Source of the DNA: Pirellulales bacterium | Lineage (GTDB): Bacteria > Planctomycetota > Planctomycetia > Pirellulales > JAICIG01 | NCBI GenBank assembly: GCA_040901675.1 | Contig: JBBDYJ010000006.1 | Coordinates: forward strand, 125,288-189,287 | Reading direction: 5' to 3' | DNA: 64,000 bases | In this document: in pieces, positions 18,772 to 29,449 of the stretch | How the letters are laid out: each line of letters begins with the position of its first letter | How positions within the stretch are numbered: the first letter of the stretch is position 1 | Made by a program: the position numbers and the translations under genes | The notes under the pieces: model-generated | The model's database searches: none | The model's input: the letters and a program-made list of their open reading frames with translations, nothing else | Told to the model about the DNA's origin: nothing

Positions 18772-21246
18772 CTAACGCCGTCCGGTGTCGGGTCCGGCGG
18801 AAAAGCGGGAGGCGTGGGGCATGGAGCTGGCCTCCGCCGCCGCGGCGCCTGGCCGCCTGGCTGCCTTGTCGTCCGTCCACGGAGCGGGACGACCGGCCGG
18901 ACGCGGTTTTTCATCGGCGCCCGCGGTGGTGTAGCGGCGGCCGAACAGCGCGCCCAGCGGGCCGGCCAACAGGGCAGGGAGCAAGAGCAAGTTGCCGACC
19001 AGCGCCGCCGAGAGCAACGTGACCATCAGGTAGCCGAACCGCTGGGTGGGCGTGAACGGGCTGAGAGCGAAGACCGACAATCCCAGACCGATCACGCCCC
19101 AGCTCTGGTACATCGGGCGCGCGCAGGCCTTGTAGGCATACATCACCGCCTCGGGCCGGACGAGTCCCCGCCTCAATCCGTTGCGGTAGTTGATCATGAA
19201 GTGAACGACGTCGTCGACGGTGACCCCCAGGGCGACCGCGGGCGCCATGACCGTGCCGATGTCGACCACGATCCCCAGCCAGCCCATCAGGCCGAAAATC
19301 ACGATCGCCGGGAAAATGCTGGGCACAGCCAGGATCAAGCCGGCCGACCAGTCGCGGACGGCAAGCATCATGATGATCGTGATCAGCAAAAAGTCGGTGA
19401 CGAAGCCGAACACCAGGCCGTCCAGGAGCGAGTTCTGGGCCTTGTAGATGAGCGGGACCAGCCCGGTATAGACGGCCCGGACGCCCTGGCCGCCGTTGGC
19501 GGCGGGTCCCGCGACGATGGGGTCGACCTCGGCCTTGATGTGTGCCAGGACGGTGCCGTAGTCGACGTCGGTGAGCGCTCCGACGCGGGCGCTGACGCGC
19601 CACAATTCCTTGCCTTCCTCGATGGCCAGGTAGTCTCCTTCGAGGTACTCGTCGCGGTGCTCCTGGAGGTTCTTGTTGTACATGGTCCGAGCAAGCTGGT
19701 ACTGGTCGCGAAAGGCAAGCCGGCCCAGCACCCCGGTGACGCCGGAGCGCGCGCGGTAATCCTCGGGCCGCGGCAGCGGCGGGGCGAAGGTCACGGCCGA
19801 CAGCGCGCTGCCCACGCCGGGGATGTTCTGAGCCTTGTGCTGGACGGCGCGGACCAGTTCCATCCGCTCCAGGAAGTTCAGCTCGCTCTTGTCCGGATCG
19901 ACCACGAGCACGATTTCCATCGGCACCAGCTCGCCAAGATGCTGCTCCAGCCAGTGATAATCGGAGATGATCTTGGCGTTGGAAGGGAAGAGCCGCATCA
20001 TGTGCACGGACGTCTTGATGCGGGTCATGCCGAAACCGCAGACGACGAGAATCAAGAGGCAGGCGCAGGTAATCCAACCTTGGCGGCGGGTGATCATTTC
20101 TCCCACGGGACGCCAACGGGCGGAGACGAGCGGATCGGCCGGAGCGGTGTCGCGGCCCTGGGCCGCTGCCGCCGCCACGCCGCGCAACGGCCAGCTCTGA
20201 AAGGCGGCCGGGAGGAGAAAGAACAGCATGATGGCGCTACAGACCACGCCGATGGCCGAGTACAGGCCGAAAAGCTGAATCGGCACCAACTCGCTGATGC
20301 AGAGCGTCAAAAGGCCGATGGAAGTGGTGGCGGTGGCCAGCGTCAAGGGGAGCCAGGCGTGCTGAATGGCCTTCTTCGGCGCAGTGACGACGTCGACGCC
20401 GGCGGCCAGCTCGTCGCGATAGTAGTTGGAAAGATGGATTGCGCCGGAAATGGTGGCCACGTAGACCAGCGAGGGCATCGTCAGGAGGATGGCGTTCATG
20501 ATGTGGCCGGAGTACCAGACGATGGCCAGACTCATTGCGGCGCTGTAGATGCCGGCGAAGAAGACCATGGCGATCAGCTTGGCGTTACGCAGGCACCACC
20601 AGGAGATGACCAGGCCGATGGCCGCCGCCAGGCCGGCCAGGCGATAGAGGCTCTGCTCGCCGGCCTCGTCGATGGCGACGTTGTCGATGGGGGGGCCGCC
20701 CATGTGCAGCTCTGCCAGCGGGATGCCACACTCCGCGGACGCGGTGGAACGGATCGTGTTGACGACGGCGCGGAGCCGGTCCTTGCCGTAATCGGACAAG
20801 GTGAAGACGATGCAGGTCGACTCGCCGTCGGGCCCGATCAGCGAACCCTTTAAGCGGTCCGCGGCGGTAGCGTAATCGAGTTGGACGGGCTCGGAGGTCA
20901 GCCGGTTCAGCGTGGCGGGGCCGGTGAGCACCTCCTTGAAGTAGCGGGCCCGGTCCTTTTCCGGCGGCCGCCCCGCGGCGGGTGAAAGCTTGTCGACCAT
21001 CAGCCGCAATCGCTGGTCGTCGAGCGTGCAGCCGTCCCAACTGGCGAGGATGAACTGCTCTCCGGCAAAATGGGAGCGAAACCACTGAAACACTTCGGTC
21101 TCGTGGTACTCGCTGGGCAGCCATTGAGCCACGTCGTTGCGGTTGGAGCGCAAGGCCCGCAGCGCGCCGCCCATGATCGGGAAGAACAACAGCGCCGCGA
21201 CCACCAGGATGCGGAAGGCGTTACGCTCGTAGAACGATTGTTTCAT
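18772..21246 (-). CDS. MMPL/RND family transporter
   Basis: Two TM bundles separated by large loops; LTLATATTSIG, ALGVTVDDVVHF, PTQRFG. Confidence 0.9.
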   Translation of the reverse strand: MKQSFYERNAFRILVVAALLFFPIMGGALRALRSNRNDVAQWLPSEYHETEVFQWFRSHFAGEQFILASWDGCTLDDQRLRLMVDKLSPAAGRPPEKDRARYFKEVLTGPATLNRLTSEPVQLDYATAADRLKGSLIGPDGESTCIVFTLSDYGKDRLRAVVNTIRSTASAECGIPLAELHMGGPPIDNVAIDEAGEQSLYRLAGLAAAIGLVISWWCLRNAKLIAMVFFAGIYSAAMSLAIVWYSGHIMNAILLTMPSLVYVATISGAIHLSNYYRDELAAGVDVVTAPKKAIQHAWLPLTLATATTSIGLLTLCISELVPIQLFGLYSAIGVVCSAIMLFFLLPAAFQSWPLRGVAAAAAQGRDTAPADPLVSARWRPVGEMITRRQGWITCACLLILVVCGFGMTRIKTSVHMMRLFPSNAKIISDYHWLEQHLGELVPMEIVLVVDPDKSELNFLERMELVRAVQHKAQNIPGVGSALSAVTFAPPLPRPEDYRARSGVTGVLGRLAFRDQYQLARTMYNKNLQEHRDEYLEGDYLAIEEGKELWRVSARVGALTDVDYGTVLAHIKAEVDPIVAGPAANGGQGVRAVYTGLVPLIYKAQNSLLDGLVFGFVTDFLLITIIMMLAVRDWSAGLILAVPSIFPAIVIFGLMGWLGIVVDIGTVMAPAVALGVTVDDVVHFMINYRNGLRRGLVRPEAVMYAYKACARPMYQSWGVIGLGLSVFALSPFTPTQRFGYLMVTLLSAALVGNLLLLPALLAGPLGALFGRRYTTAGADEKPRPAGRPAPWTDDKAARRPGAAAAEASSMPHASRFSAGPDTGRR

Positions 21247-21547
21247 GAAGTGGAGCGGCGGGCGGTCACAGCGGGTTCAGGGAGAGGCAGGCGACGGGAA
21301 TGGAGCGTGGGGATGGGCCTCCAGCCCAAAACGAGTGGAAAATCGCACGTCCATAGGTGTTTGCGGGTGCCTGGCGGGAGCAGGGCCTCGCCGCCCATCT
21401 TCACCGCCCAGTGATCTTTGGAAGTCTAACCGCTGGCAGGGATCAAGTCGATATGAGCGGCGAGGCGGGGGGAATAAAGCCGCGCGAAGACGTAGGGGAT
21501 ACGTAAGGCAGGGGAAATGGGTTTTTTGATGTCAGGGGCACCACGGG

Positions 21548-24500
21548 CTATTTCGCGGCGCGATAGTCGTGGAGGAGGGCCTCGATGCGGATTTGCACGG
21601 GCTGCGTCTGCAAGATCAACAGGCAGCTCGAGGCCGGATCGAAGTGGAGCACGGCGGGACCGCCGGCGGTGTCCCAAGTGGCGCCGGCGACCTGGCCGGC
21701 AATCCGATCGACAAGCGCCTCGGCCGTCCTGCCGCTGCTCAGAAGGTCGCCCACGGGATGAAACTCCAGTTCCAGGCGGTCCTTATAGGCGCGCTGGGTG
21801 GTGATCTCGAAGGTCCGCTCGTCTACAATCCGCGCCGCCAGGTCCAAGGGATCTGTCAGCGCGGCCAGCGCCTGGGACAGCGGTTGCTCGACGACGGAAA
21901 GAGTCACGCCCGTTTCTGGCGACAGCCCCTCACCGGCCAGGGCCAGCCCGTCGAACAGCACGTTCACGCCCGCGACGTTCTGGAAGTGCTCGACGACGCG
22001 GCGCAGCGGTGTTTCGTCGGGAAAGGTGGCGGTCACCGAGCTGGCCAGCCTCGGCCTGGCCCGCGAAAAGCGTGTTTGCAGGGCCGCACTGGCTGCGCTG
22101 GGCTGGCTGGGCGAGCGGGCGCGCGCGGCTCGCAGGCGGGTGAGGAAAGCTTCGATCTGCCGGTGCACCGCCAGCGTTTGCTTCACTTCCAATGCCTGCT
22201 CACGGACGCCGATCGTTCCCTCGCCACCCACCCCCCGCCAACTGGTCGGTTCCAGCAGCCGCTCGACGAGCTGGGCCAACTGCTCGGCGGCCCGCTGGTT
22301 GGCGGCCAGGCCGTCGATCGGGTGCGGAATCGTTTCGAAGACCCGCTGCTGGCGATAGTTGCTGGTCACCAGGAGCTGCCCTTCGACCACGACGTACCCA
22401 AGGCCGCGTTCCTGGAGCACCGCGTCGAGTATCTGGCCGATGGTGGCCTCGGTCATGCGGATCGAGACCTTGTCGTCGGGCCCGACCCCCGCATCGAGCA
22501 GGCCTTCGAGATCGAGAGTGATGGGCAGCGTGCTCAACTGGCGGAGCAAGTCGACGACGTCGGACAGCGCAGCGCGGTCGAGCTCGATGGCGGCGACACG
22601 ATCGGCCAGGCGGGCTTCGATGTCGGCGGGCGGGTCGTCCGGCCGGCGGTCTTGGCGGCTGGCGCGGCCGAGTGCTTCGGGCGGGCCGTCCGGCTCCGGC
22701 TCGGTTGCTGGCGGCAGCTCGTCGGGTGTGGGATCAACGGGGGCCGATTCGTCTCCGGGGACATCCAAGGGCCCAGAAAGATCCAAGGGCTCTGTCGGCG
22801 GGCCGGCGAGCAGGTCGACGTGCTCGCCGCCGTGAGCGGTCGCGAGCGACTCCAGCACGCGAGGGTCGATGTCTTTCGAGAGGAAACGGACCGAGCCATC
22901 GGCCATGCCGGCCAGCATGCCGTCGGGCTGGCCGCTGCCAAAGCCGTCAGGCCCGTTGATGTAGGGCCGCGCCGTGAGGGCGCGGACGGTGGCGTCGCCG
23001 CCGGCGGACCAGGAGCCGAGCCGCCCGCTGACGCCCAGGGTTGCAATCGTGTTGGAGGCGCCGTCGGCGATGTCGTGGCGGCCCAGGCGCCGCTGGTAAC
23101 CGAAGACGCCGGCGCGCGGGTCGCCGGTGGGCAGCCGCGCGGCGTCGGGGCCAAGGCCGGCCAGACCCACGTAGTGCGTCACGGGAAAGCCGGCCTCGGT
23201 AAATGCCGCGCCAAGGGCGGGGTTGGCGACGAGCGACAGCCGGCGGCGGGTCACGCGGGCGTTGACCGGATCGTTCCACGGCCGGCCGAAGTTGAGCTCG
23301 GCATGCCAATCGAGATGGCCGTAATAGGGCAACAGCGTGGCCATCCAGCTCAAGCGCGTCTCGGGTGGCAAGAGTGCGGCGCCGGCCGCGCCGGCGGGCA
23401 GGGTTTGCTCGACCGTCTCATAACCGGCCAGCGCGGCCAGGAGCTGGCGGTGATTCTCCTCGTCGATCGGCCGGGCGGCGGCCAACCGCGTGGCCTCCAA
23501 CACCGGCGCGCTGGCCACCGCGGCGGCGGCCAGCTTCGACAGGTCGCCATGCCACTGGGTGCGGACCCAGACGGTTGCCTGGTCGACACCGAGTTGCCGA
23601 GTGGCCAGGGCAGCCTGTCCGGCGGTGAGCAACTGCTTGAATTGAGCGGCCCGCTGGGTGGTGAGCTGGCCGGCGAGCAGGTGCTGGGTGATCTGGTCGC
23701 TGTGGGCGGCGATGCTCTTTTCGGCGGCAGCCAAGGCCGCGTCGAGCGAGGCGTGCAGTTGTTCGGCCGTGCTCTTGCCGTCGCAGAGCAGGTGCATCCG
23801 CGTGTCGAGCGTATCTTCCAGATCAGCGGCGTGGAGGTTCAAGCCCAGGGCCAGCGGCGACTCGAAGACCACTTTCCAGTCGCCGGAAAGGTCGTATGCC
23901 GTGTCGACCAAGGGCCACCATCGCGGCCGACCGCCCGCGCGGCGCAGGGCGGGCAAGTCGACGGCCAGCAGCAGATCGGAGTCGGCATTGAGGACGCTGA
24001 GCAAGTGGTCCAGCGCGGGGTTGTCGATGGCTGGCTGCCGGCTGGTCCGCTCGACCACGGGGCGTAGCACGCCGGCGGCGCCGGTGACTAAGGTCCGCTG
24101 GCCGGCCACGACCACCGGGTAAGCCCAGATTTTGGAGGGCGGCTGGTAGCACCTGGGGCCTCCGCTGGACCAGTCCAAAGATTGGCAGCCCTGGGGCAGC
24201 CGTCCGACCGATTCCAGCGGGCCGGTCAGCTCGACTGCCACCAGGCCTGCTTCGAGCCAGGCGTCGCGGGGGCCAAGCTGAGTCGTACACGCAGTGACGC
24301 GGCTGACCTCGTCCGGCCTGAGCCCGAACGCCAGGTAAAAGCGTTTCAAGGCATCGCTCAGAGCGGAGCTGCCGGGCAAAGCGCCGTGCGAGAGTTCGGC
24401 CACCTCGTCGAGCAGTTGCGGATACGCCTTGCGGCCGGCGTCCGTGGGGCGGATGCTCAGCACGGCCTGGGAGCCGGCGGTAATCCAACGTCGCGGGATA

Positions 24501-25069
24501 GCTGAGTTGGCGCTCTCCGGCGGTTGGTGCTTGGGCCGCGGAGCCGGCTTGGAAGCAATCGCCTGGGCGGAACGCGGCCGGACAACCGGATCGTCAGGCG
24601 CCGGCCGGGAGCTGAAGAAAAGCAGCCCGCCCACCGCAACGATGACCAGACCGGCACCGCTGCACAGCAGCCACTTGCCCCAGACCACGGGGGTTGGCAG
24701 CGAAGCGGCGGCCGGTGCAGGAGTCGCCGCGGCGGCTGCATCGGGCACTGCGTTGGGCAACGACGCATCGGCGGCGGCCTGTTCGGCGAGGCTGGCCTGC
24801 TCGGAGCCCGGCGGGTCCGCTTGGTCGCTCCAGCGGGGCGCCTTGCGCGGCAAGGCCGGCAGTGCTGCCGCTGCCGCTGCCGCAGAGGCAGGCGCCGCGG
24901 GTGCGACATCGGGCGTGGCGGCCGGCGCGGGTGGCTGCCAGCCCGCCGGCGCGAGTACCTGCACCATGCTGCCGCACTTCGGGCAGGAGAGAATCTGGCC
25001 AATGGCCGCCAGGTCGCGGACTTTCAGGCGGGCGTGGCAGGTGGTGCAGATAATCGAGAAGAGTTCCAC
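21548..25069 (-). CDS. Zn-ribbon + TM + DUF1559-like + STN/secretin-N-like multidomain protein
   Basis: CTTC...CPKC N-terminus; TM; SWMATLLPY, DIADGASNT, MADGSVRF (DUF1559-like); two STN-like repeats near the C-terminus. Confidence 0.8.
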   Translation of the reverse strand: MELFSIICTTCHARLKVRDLAAIGQILSCPKCGSMVQVLAPAGWQPPAPAATPDVAPAAPASAAAAAAALPALPRKAPRWSDQADPPGSEQASLAEQAAADASLPNAVPDAAAAATPAPAAASLPTPVVWGKWLLCSGAGLVIVAVGGLLFFSSRPAPDDPVVRPRSAQAIASKPAPRPKHQPPESANSAIPRRWITAGSQAVLSIRPTDAGRKAYPQLLDEVAELSHGALPGSSALSDALKRFYLAFGLRPDEVSRVTACTTQLGPRDAWLEAGLVAVELTGPLESVGRLPQGCQSLDWSSGGPRCYQPPSKIWAYPVVVAGQRTLVTGAAGVLRPVVERTSRQPAIDNPALDHLLSVLNADSDLLLAVDLPALRRAGGRPRWWPLVDTAYDLSGDWKVVFESPLALGLNLHAADLEDTLDTRMHLLCDGKSTAEQLHASLDAALAAAEKSIAAHSDQITQHLLAGQLTTQRAAQFKQLLTAGQAALATRQLGVDQATVWVRTQWHGDLSKLAAAAVASAPVLEATRLAAARPIDEENHRQLLAALAGYETVEQTLPAGAAGAALLPPETRLSWMATLLPYYGHLDWHAELNFGRPWNDPVNARVTRRRLSLVANPALGAAFTEAGFPVTHYVGLAGLGPDAARLPTGDPRAGVFGYQRRLGRHDIADGASNTIATLGVSGRLGSWSAGGDATVRALTARPYINGPDGFGSGQPDGMLAGMADGSVRFLSKDIDPRVLESLATAHGGEHVDLLAGPPTEPLDLSGPLDVPGDESAPVDPTPDELPPATEPEPDGPPEALGRASRQDRRPDDPPADIEARLADRVAAIELDRAALSDVVDLLRQLSTLPITLDLEGLLDAGVGPDDKVSIRMTEATIGQILDAVLQERGLGYVVVEGQLLVTSNYRQQRVFETIPHPIDGLAANQRAAEQLAQLVERLLEPTSWRGVGGEGTIGVREQALEVKQTLAVHRQIEAFLTRLRAARARSPSQPSAASAALQTRFSRARPRLASSVTATFPDETPLRRVVEHFQNVAGVNVLFDGLALAGEGLSPETGVTLSVVEQPLSQALAALTDPLDLAARIVDERTFEITTQRAYKDRLELEFHPVGDLLSSGRTAEALVDRIAGQVAGATWDTAGGPAVLHFDPASSCLLILQTQPVQIRIEALLHDYRAAK

Positions 25070-25094
25070 GTCCCGTCTGCCTTTTCAAGCTAAG

Positions 25095-25159
25095 CACCTG
25101 CTTCTCGCGGCCGCCAGGGCGGCCACTCCAAGCAGTGGCACAATGTCCACGCAGTGGCA
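25095..25159. repeat. REP-like element CACTGCTT...GGCCGCC-N-GGCGGCC...AAGCAGTGGCAC
   Basis: Nested stems; close copy at 35083-35152. Confidence 0.7.
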
Positions 25160-25162
25160 GGT

Positions 25163-27994
25163 CTATTGTAACTCGGGGGGCAGCTTTTCACCCCGTTTTG
25201 CCGCCGCGGACCGAGTGGTTATGTAGAGCACCCCCGGGCCGCCATCCTCTCCGGGTTTACTGACATAAACCAGTTTGCCCGCCGGATTGGCCTCGGCCAG
25301 GATCCGCGCCAGGATCGTGCGGGCCGGCAGGTTTCGCTGGTCCAAATCGAGAATCTGGTTCTTGGTGATGCCTTCGATCTCCAGATCGCTGCCCAGGATC
25401 ACGATTTCCAGGCCGATGTCGTCACTCAGAAGCTCGATGGCGGCCTCCAATGTGTTGGATGGAAAGCTCAACGAAGTCACCTGGTCGAGCCCCTGGGCGG
25501 CCGGCGGAGCCGCCCGGACCATGCCGGCGGCGCTGCTGGCGCCGGGGGTTTCGAGCAATGCCAGATGGCCGCCCAAGGCCAGGTTGTGGGCGGCCGGCGC
25601 CGGCAGGTAGGCCCGCAGCACGACCTGCTTGCCGTTCGTACCGGCCCGCGCATATTGGCCGAGCACGTCGAGCCGGACTGGGAAGTCCCAGAGGACCTCC
25701 TTGCTGTAGGCCGAAAGCGACAGATCGCGGAGGTACTGGCTCGCCTGCCGGCCCAGTCGGCTGACTCGCTGGCGCAGCTCGCGGGCGACCATCGGCGACG
25801 GCCTGCCGGCGAAGCTGTTGTAGACGACGAGCTCGAGGAAGAAGTGCTCGTCCAGGTGCAAGCTCAACATCACGGCCTTGGGCAGTTCAGGCTTCCGCTC
25901 GGCATCGCTGAAGGTCAAGAGGGCCTGGAGGGGATCGGCCATGCGCGCGGCCGGGGTGGCGGCCAGCCCGCCGGCCTGCGGGCCGCCCGTAAAGACAAAG
26001 CTCGGCGCCAAGGCGAGCGTGAAATGCCGCTGACGGTCGCTCGCTTCGAGTAGTATCTCCAGCTCACGCCGCAGTGCAGGGGCCTGTCGGCCGGTGGCGA
26101 CGATGGCCTCGATCTCGCGGCGAGGCGCTACGACAATCAACCGGTCTTCCGGATCGCCGGGCAGGTAATAGGCCCGCTGATCACGAACATAAATGGTCCG
26201 GCCGCCCGTTTGCTCCGGCGACGGATTTCCCCAGGCGGCCAATAGCTCATTCGTCGGCACGGGCGACACGGTTCGTACGACCAGCGCCGTTTCAGGAGCC
26301 GGCCCGCCGGTATCGACCAGGCCAAGCAGAACCTGCTCGATGTTGTCCAGCGACGTGCCGGCTTGCCCGGGCAAGTCGCTCAGGACCGCTTGAGACAAGG
26401 GGCCCAGCGTTCGCGGATCGGTTAGCTTGCTCCACTCGTCGTGCTCGACGAGCTGGGCGGGGGCCAGCGAAACAACGGCCTGCACGCCCGGCGGCAGCCA
26501 TGCCAGGTCGAGCGGCTCACCAGCCGTCGGCGACTGCCAGATCGGTTCGCCGTCGAGGCCGTTGATGTCTTCGAGTTTCGTTGCCGGGCCGGCTTGCTCG
26601 GAGGGGCCCCTGGCGGGTTTCGGTCTGGAGTCTGCGCCGGCAACGGCGAGGCTGCCCTCGGACGGCGCGGGGGTTTCCGATGGCTTATCGGCGGTCATAA
26701 GCAGGTAAGCCGCGCCGGCAACCACCAGGGCCGCAAGCGCCACGCTGGCCACGGACCAGGCAATTTGCGACGAACTCCGCCGGCCCCGCGCGCGGGTCAG
26801 GCTGGCCGTCTCGTGGGCAACCACGGGCGGGAAGGCTGGGGCGGCTGCGAGGGGTAATTCACCGGCTGGCCGCGGCGAGACGGCCACCGGGCGGCTGATC
26901 AACGGCTGGGACTGGTTGAACGGTGCGGGCGGCGCGCTGGCCCGATCGAGCCAGGCGCGGTAGGCCTGCGCTGTGGCAGCGGCGGGCGAGGGCCGCGGGT
27001 CCGGACCTGCAAACGGCGCCAACACCTCGGCCGCGGCGGTTGCCTCGTGGAGTCGCTGCTGGGGGTCGGGGTGCACCAGGCGAGCGACCACGTCGGCCAG
27101 GCCTTTGGGCAGGGCCGGTGCAAGCTGCTGGAGTGCCTTGTGAGGGTCGATCTGATCGAGATACTCGTGCTGGAGGCCCGCGGCGAGCAGATGGTAGAGC
27201 GTCACGGCCAGGCTGTAGACGTCGCCGTGCGGACTAAAAGCGGCGGCCCCGGAGGAGATTTCCGGCGAAAGGTAGGACTCTTCGCCCAGCGCCGGCGGGG
27301 GCGGCTCGGTTGCCAGGGGGTCGTACACGAGAGGGAAGGCCAGCAGCTTCGTTTCGCCATGCTCGCGGACCCAGAGATTGGCGGGGCGCACCCGGCCATG
27401 CACGACGCGCATCTCGTGCAGGCGGGCCAGGCCACGGGCGGCGTGCTCGATGATGCGGCAGGCCCGGGCGGGGGCGAGCCGTCCCCGCGAGGTGAGCAAT
27501 TCCTGGGCGGTCTGGCCTTGCAAGGCTTCGACCGCGATGAACTTGTAGGCCCCGAGATCGACCAGCTCGTAGCACTCGACCAGGTGGGCGTGAGCCTGGC
27601 TGGCGGCCCTGGCGGCGGCCGCCTGTTGGCTGACTCGCAGCAGGGCCTGCGGATCGGCGAGTGCGGGTCCGGCCAGGAACAGCAAGCAGACTGGGTGGTC
27701 GGTGGGCAGGTGGCAGGCGCGGAACAAGCCGGCGAGTCGGCCATCTTCGATGCGGTCGAAAACGAGGTAATCGCCGTAAATGAAGGGCCCGGGGCGGCCC
27801 GCCAGGAGCACTTTGGCGTGATAGCGGGTCACCGCGCCGGCGGCGACCAGCCACCGCGCCAGCACTTTGGCATCGTTCTCGGAGGCGGCCGGGTTGGCTT
27901 TCTTGCAAGCGGTCCAGTGCTTGCGGCACTCGTTGGCGGTCAGCAGCCGGCTCTCGACAACGAGGTCGCAGAGGTTCGCGATCGATTGAGCCAT
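25163..27994 (-). CDS. Membrane Ser/Thr kinase-fold protein, probable pseudokinase
   Basis: Hanks-type layout (LARLHEMRVVHGRVRPANL, YLSPE, DVYSLAVTLYHLL) with degenerate catalytic motifs; TM; large extracytoplasmic region; ATG 27994. Confidence 0.85.
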   Translation of the reverse strand: MAQSIANLCDLVVESRLLTANECRKHWTACKKANPAASENDAKVLARWLVAAGAVTRYHAKVLLAGRPGPFIYGDYLVFDRIEDGRLAGLFRACHLPTDHPVCLLFLAGPALADPQALLRVSQQAAAARAASQAHAHLVECYELVDLGAYKFIAVEALQGQTAQELLTSRGRLAPARACRIIEHAARGLARLHEMRVVHGRVRPANLWVREHGETKLLAFPLVYDPLATEPPPPALGEESYLSPEISSGAAAFSPHGDVYSLAVTLYHLLAAGLQHEYLDQIDPHKALQQLAPALPKGLADVVARLVHPDPQQRLHEATAAAEVLAPFAGPDPRPSPAAATAQAYRAWLDRASAPPAPFNQSQPLISRPVAVSPRPAGELPLAAAPAFPPVVAHETASLTRARGRRSSSQIAWSVASVALAALVVAGAAYLLMTADKPSETPAPSEGSLAVAGADSRPKPARGPSEQAGPATKLEDINGLDGEPIWQSPTAGEPLDLAWLPPGVQAVVSLAPAQLVEHDEWSKLTDPRTLGPLSQAVLSDLPGQAGTSLDNIEQVLLGLVDTGGPAPETALVVRTVSPVPTNELLAAWGNPSPEQTGGRTIYVRDQRAYYLPGDPEDRLIVVAPRREIEAIVATGRQAPALRRELEILLEASDRQRHFTLALAPSFVFTGGPQAGGLAATPAARMADPLQALLTFSDAERKPELPKAVMLSLHLDEHFFLELVVYNSFAGRPSPMVARELRQRVSRLGRQASQYLRDLSLSAYSKEVLWDFPVRLDVLGQYARAGTNGKQVVLRAYLPAPAAHNLALGGHLALLETPGASSAAGMVRAAPPAAQGLDQVTSLSFPSNTLEAAIELLSDDIGLEIVILGSDLEIEGITKNQILDLDQRNLPARTILARILAEANPAGKLVYVSKPGEDGGPGVLYITTRSAAAKRGEKLPPELQ

Positions 27995-28201
27995 GGAGTG
28001 GTGGGTTGCCTCAGCCGGCGCGAGAGCGGTTGGAATGCCGTGGGGGCAGGCGGGTCCGGAGACTGCACCCAATCCGGCGGCGGTTTGCCAGCCGGCCGTG
28101 TACGTAAATGTACCGCGCGCCTGGGGAGGGTTGCAAAGTAAATCAATGACAACCTTTACAGCCGCTACAACCCCGCATTGAGCCAGTGCGAATCGAAAGA
28201 T

Positions 28202-29449
28202 ATGATTCTGTCGATGAAGGCTTTCGACACCACGCAGTTGTATTTCAACCGGGCCGCGGACGAGATTTCGCTTTCGGAAAACATCCGCCGGCTGCTGGTG
28301 ACGCCCAAACGTGAAGTGCGGGTGCAGGTGGCCATCGAGCGTGACAACGGCGAAATTGCCACCTTTCTGGGGTACCGGGTGCAGCACGACGACTCGCGCG
28401 GGCCGATGAAAGGAGGGCTGCGGTATCACCCGGACGTCAACCTGGACGAGGTGCGCTCGCTGGCGGCCTTGATGACCTGGAAGACCGCGGTCGTCAACAT
28501 TCCCTACGGTGGGGCCAAGGGGGGCATCGCCGTCGATCCCAAGACGCTCAGCCCGCGGGAGCTGGAGCTGATCACGCGGAAGTTCGTGGACGGCATCCAC
28601 GACCTGATCGGTCCCGATATCGATATCCCGGCCCCGGATATGGGGACCAACGACAAGGTGATGGCCTGGTTCATGAACCAGTATGCCAAGTACCACGGGT
28701 TCAGCCCGGCCTGCGTGACGGGCAAGCCGGTGGAGATGCACGGGCTGCCGGGGCGCGAAGAAGCGACCGGGCGGGGCGTGGGGATCCTGACGTACAAGAT
28801 GCTCAGCCGCCTCAAGCGGAAGCCTACGGAGACCCGCATCGCCTTGCAGGGTTTCGGGAACGTCGGCTCGCACGCCGCCAAGTTCCTGCACGAAGCGGAA
28901 TACAAGATCGTGGCGGTCAGCGACCTGAGCGGCGGCTACTACCGGCCCGATGGCTTGGACATTCCCGCCGTTTTGCACTATGTCTTGGAGCACCACGGCA
29001 GCTTGGCCGGCTACCTCGAGGCAGAGCGGATCACGAACGAAGAGCTGCTGGAGCTGGATGTCGACTTGCTGATTCCGGCCGCTTTGGGAGGCGTGATCAC
29101 CATGGAGAATGCCGGGCGGATCAAGGCGCCATTGATCATCGAGGCCGCCAACGCTCCGATCGATTACGACGGCGACCAGATCCTGCGTGAGCATGGCGTG
29201 ACGGTCTTGCCTGACATTCTGGCCAATGCGGGCGGGGTGACGGCCAGCTATTTCGAGTGGGTCCAGAACCGGCAGCACTATCAATGGGGACTGAGCCGGG
29301 TGCGGCAGGAACTGGACCACGTGTTGACGGAGGCGTTCGAACGGGTGTGGGAGATGTCGGTCGAGCGGAAAGTCAGTTTGCGGACGGCGGCATACATTCT
29401 TGGCATCGGCCGCGTCGGGCGTGCCACGGTATTGGGAGGAATAACATGA
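28202..29449 (+). CDS. gdhA: Glu/Leu/Phe/Val dehydrogenase (glutamate dehydrogenase)
   Basis: [56 protein letters not shown]. Confidence 0.95.
   Translation: MILSMKAFDTTQLYFNRAADEISLSENIRRLLVTPKREVRVQVAIERDNGEIATFLGYRVQHDDSRGPMKGGLRYHPDVNLDEVRSLAALMTWKTAVVNIPYGGAKGGIAVDPKTLSPRELELITRKFVDGIHDLIGPDIDIPAPDMGTNDKVMAWFMNQYAKYHGFSPACVTGKPVEMHGLPGREEATGRGVGILTYKMLSRLKRKPTETRIALQGFGNVGSHAAKFLHEAEYKIVAVSDLSGGYYRPDGLDIPAVLHYVLEHHGSLAGYLEAERITNEELLELDVDLLIPAALGGVITMENAGRIKAPLIIEAANAPIDYDGDQILREHGVTVLPDILANAGGVTASYFEWVQNRQHYQWGLSRVRQELDHVLTEAFERVWEMSVERKVSLRTAAYILGIGRVGRATVLGGIT

Noticed and set aside
12586..24067. Long opposite-strand ORFs (12586-14616, 17995-20853, 21569-24067, and similarly 60196-62370)
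   Set aside because: High-GC antisense shadow frames of well-supported genes with non-protein-like composition
27995..29320. 442-codon N-terminal extension of the kinase ORF (1385-aa call)
   Set aside because: It is mostly the antisense shadow of gdhA plus an intergenic stretch that happens to be open; protein-like sequence begins at ATG 27994
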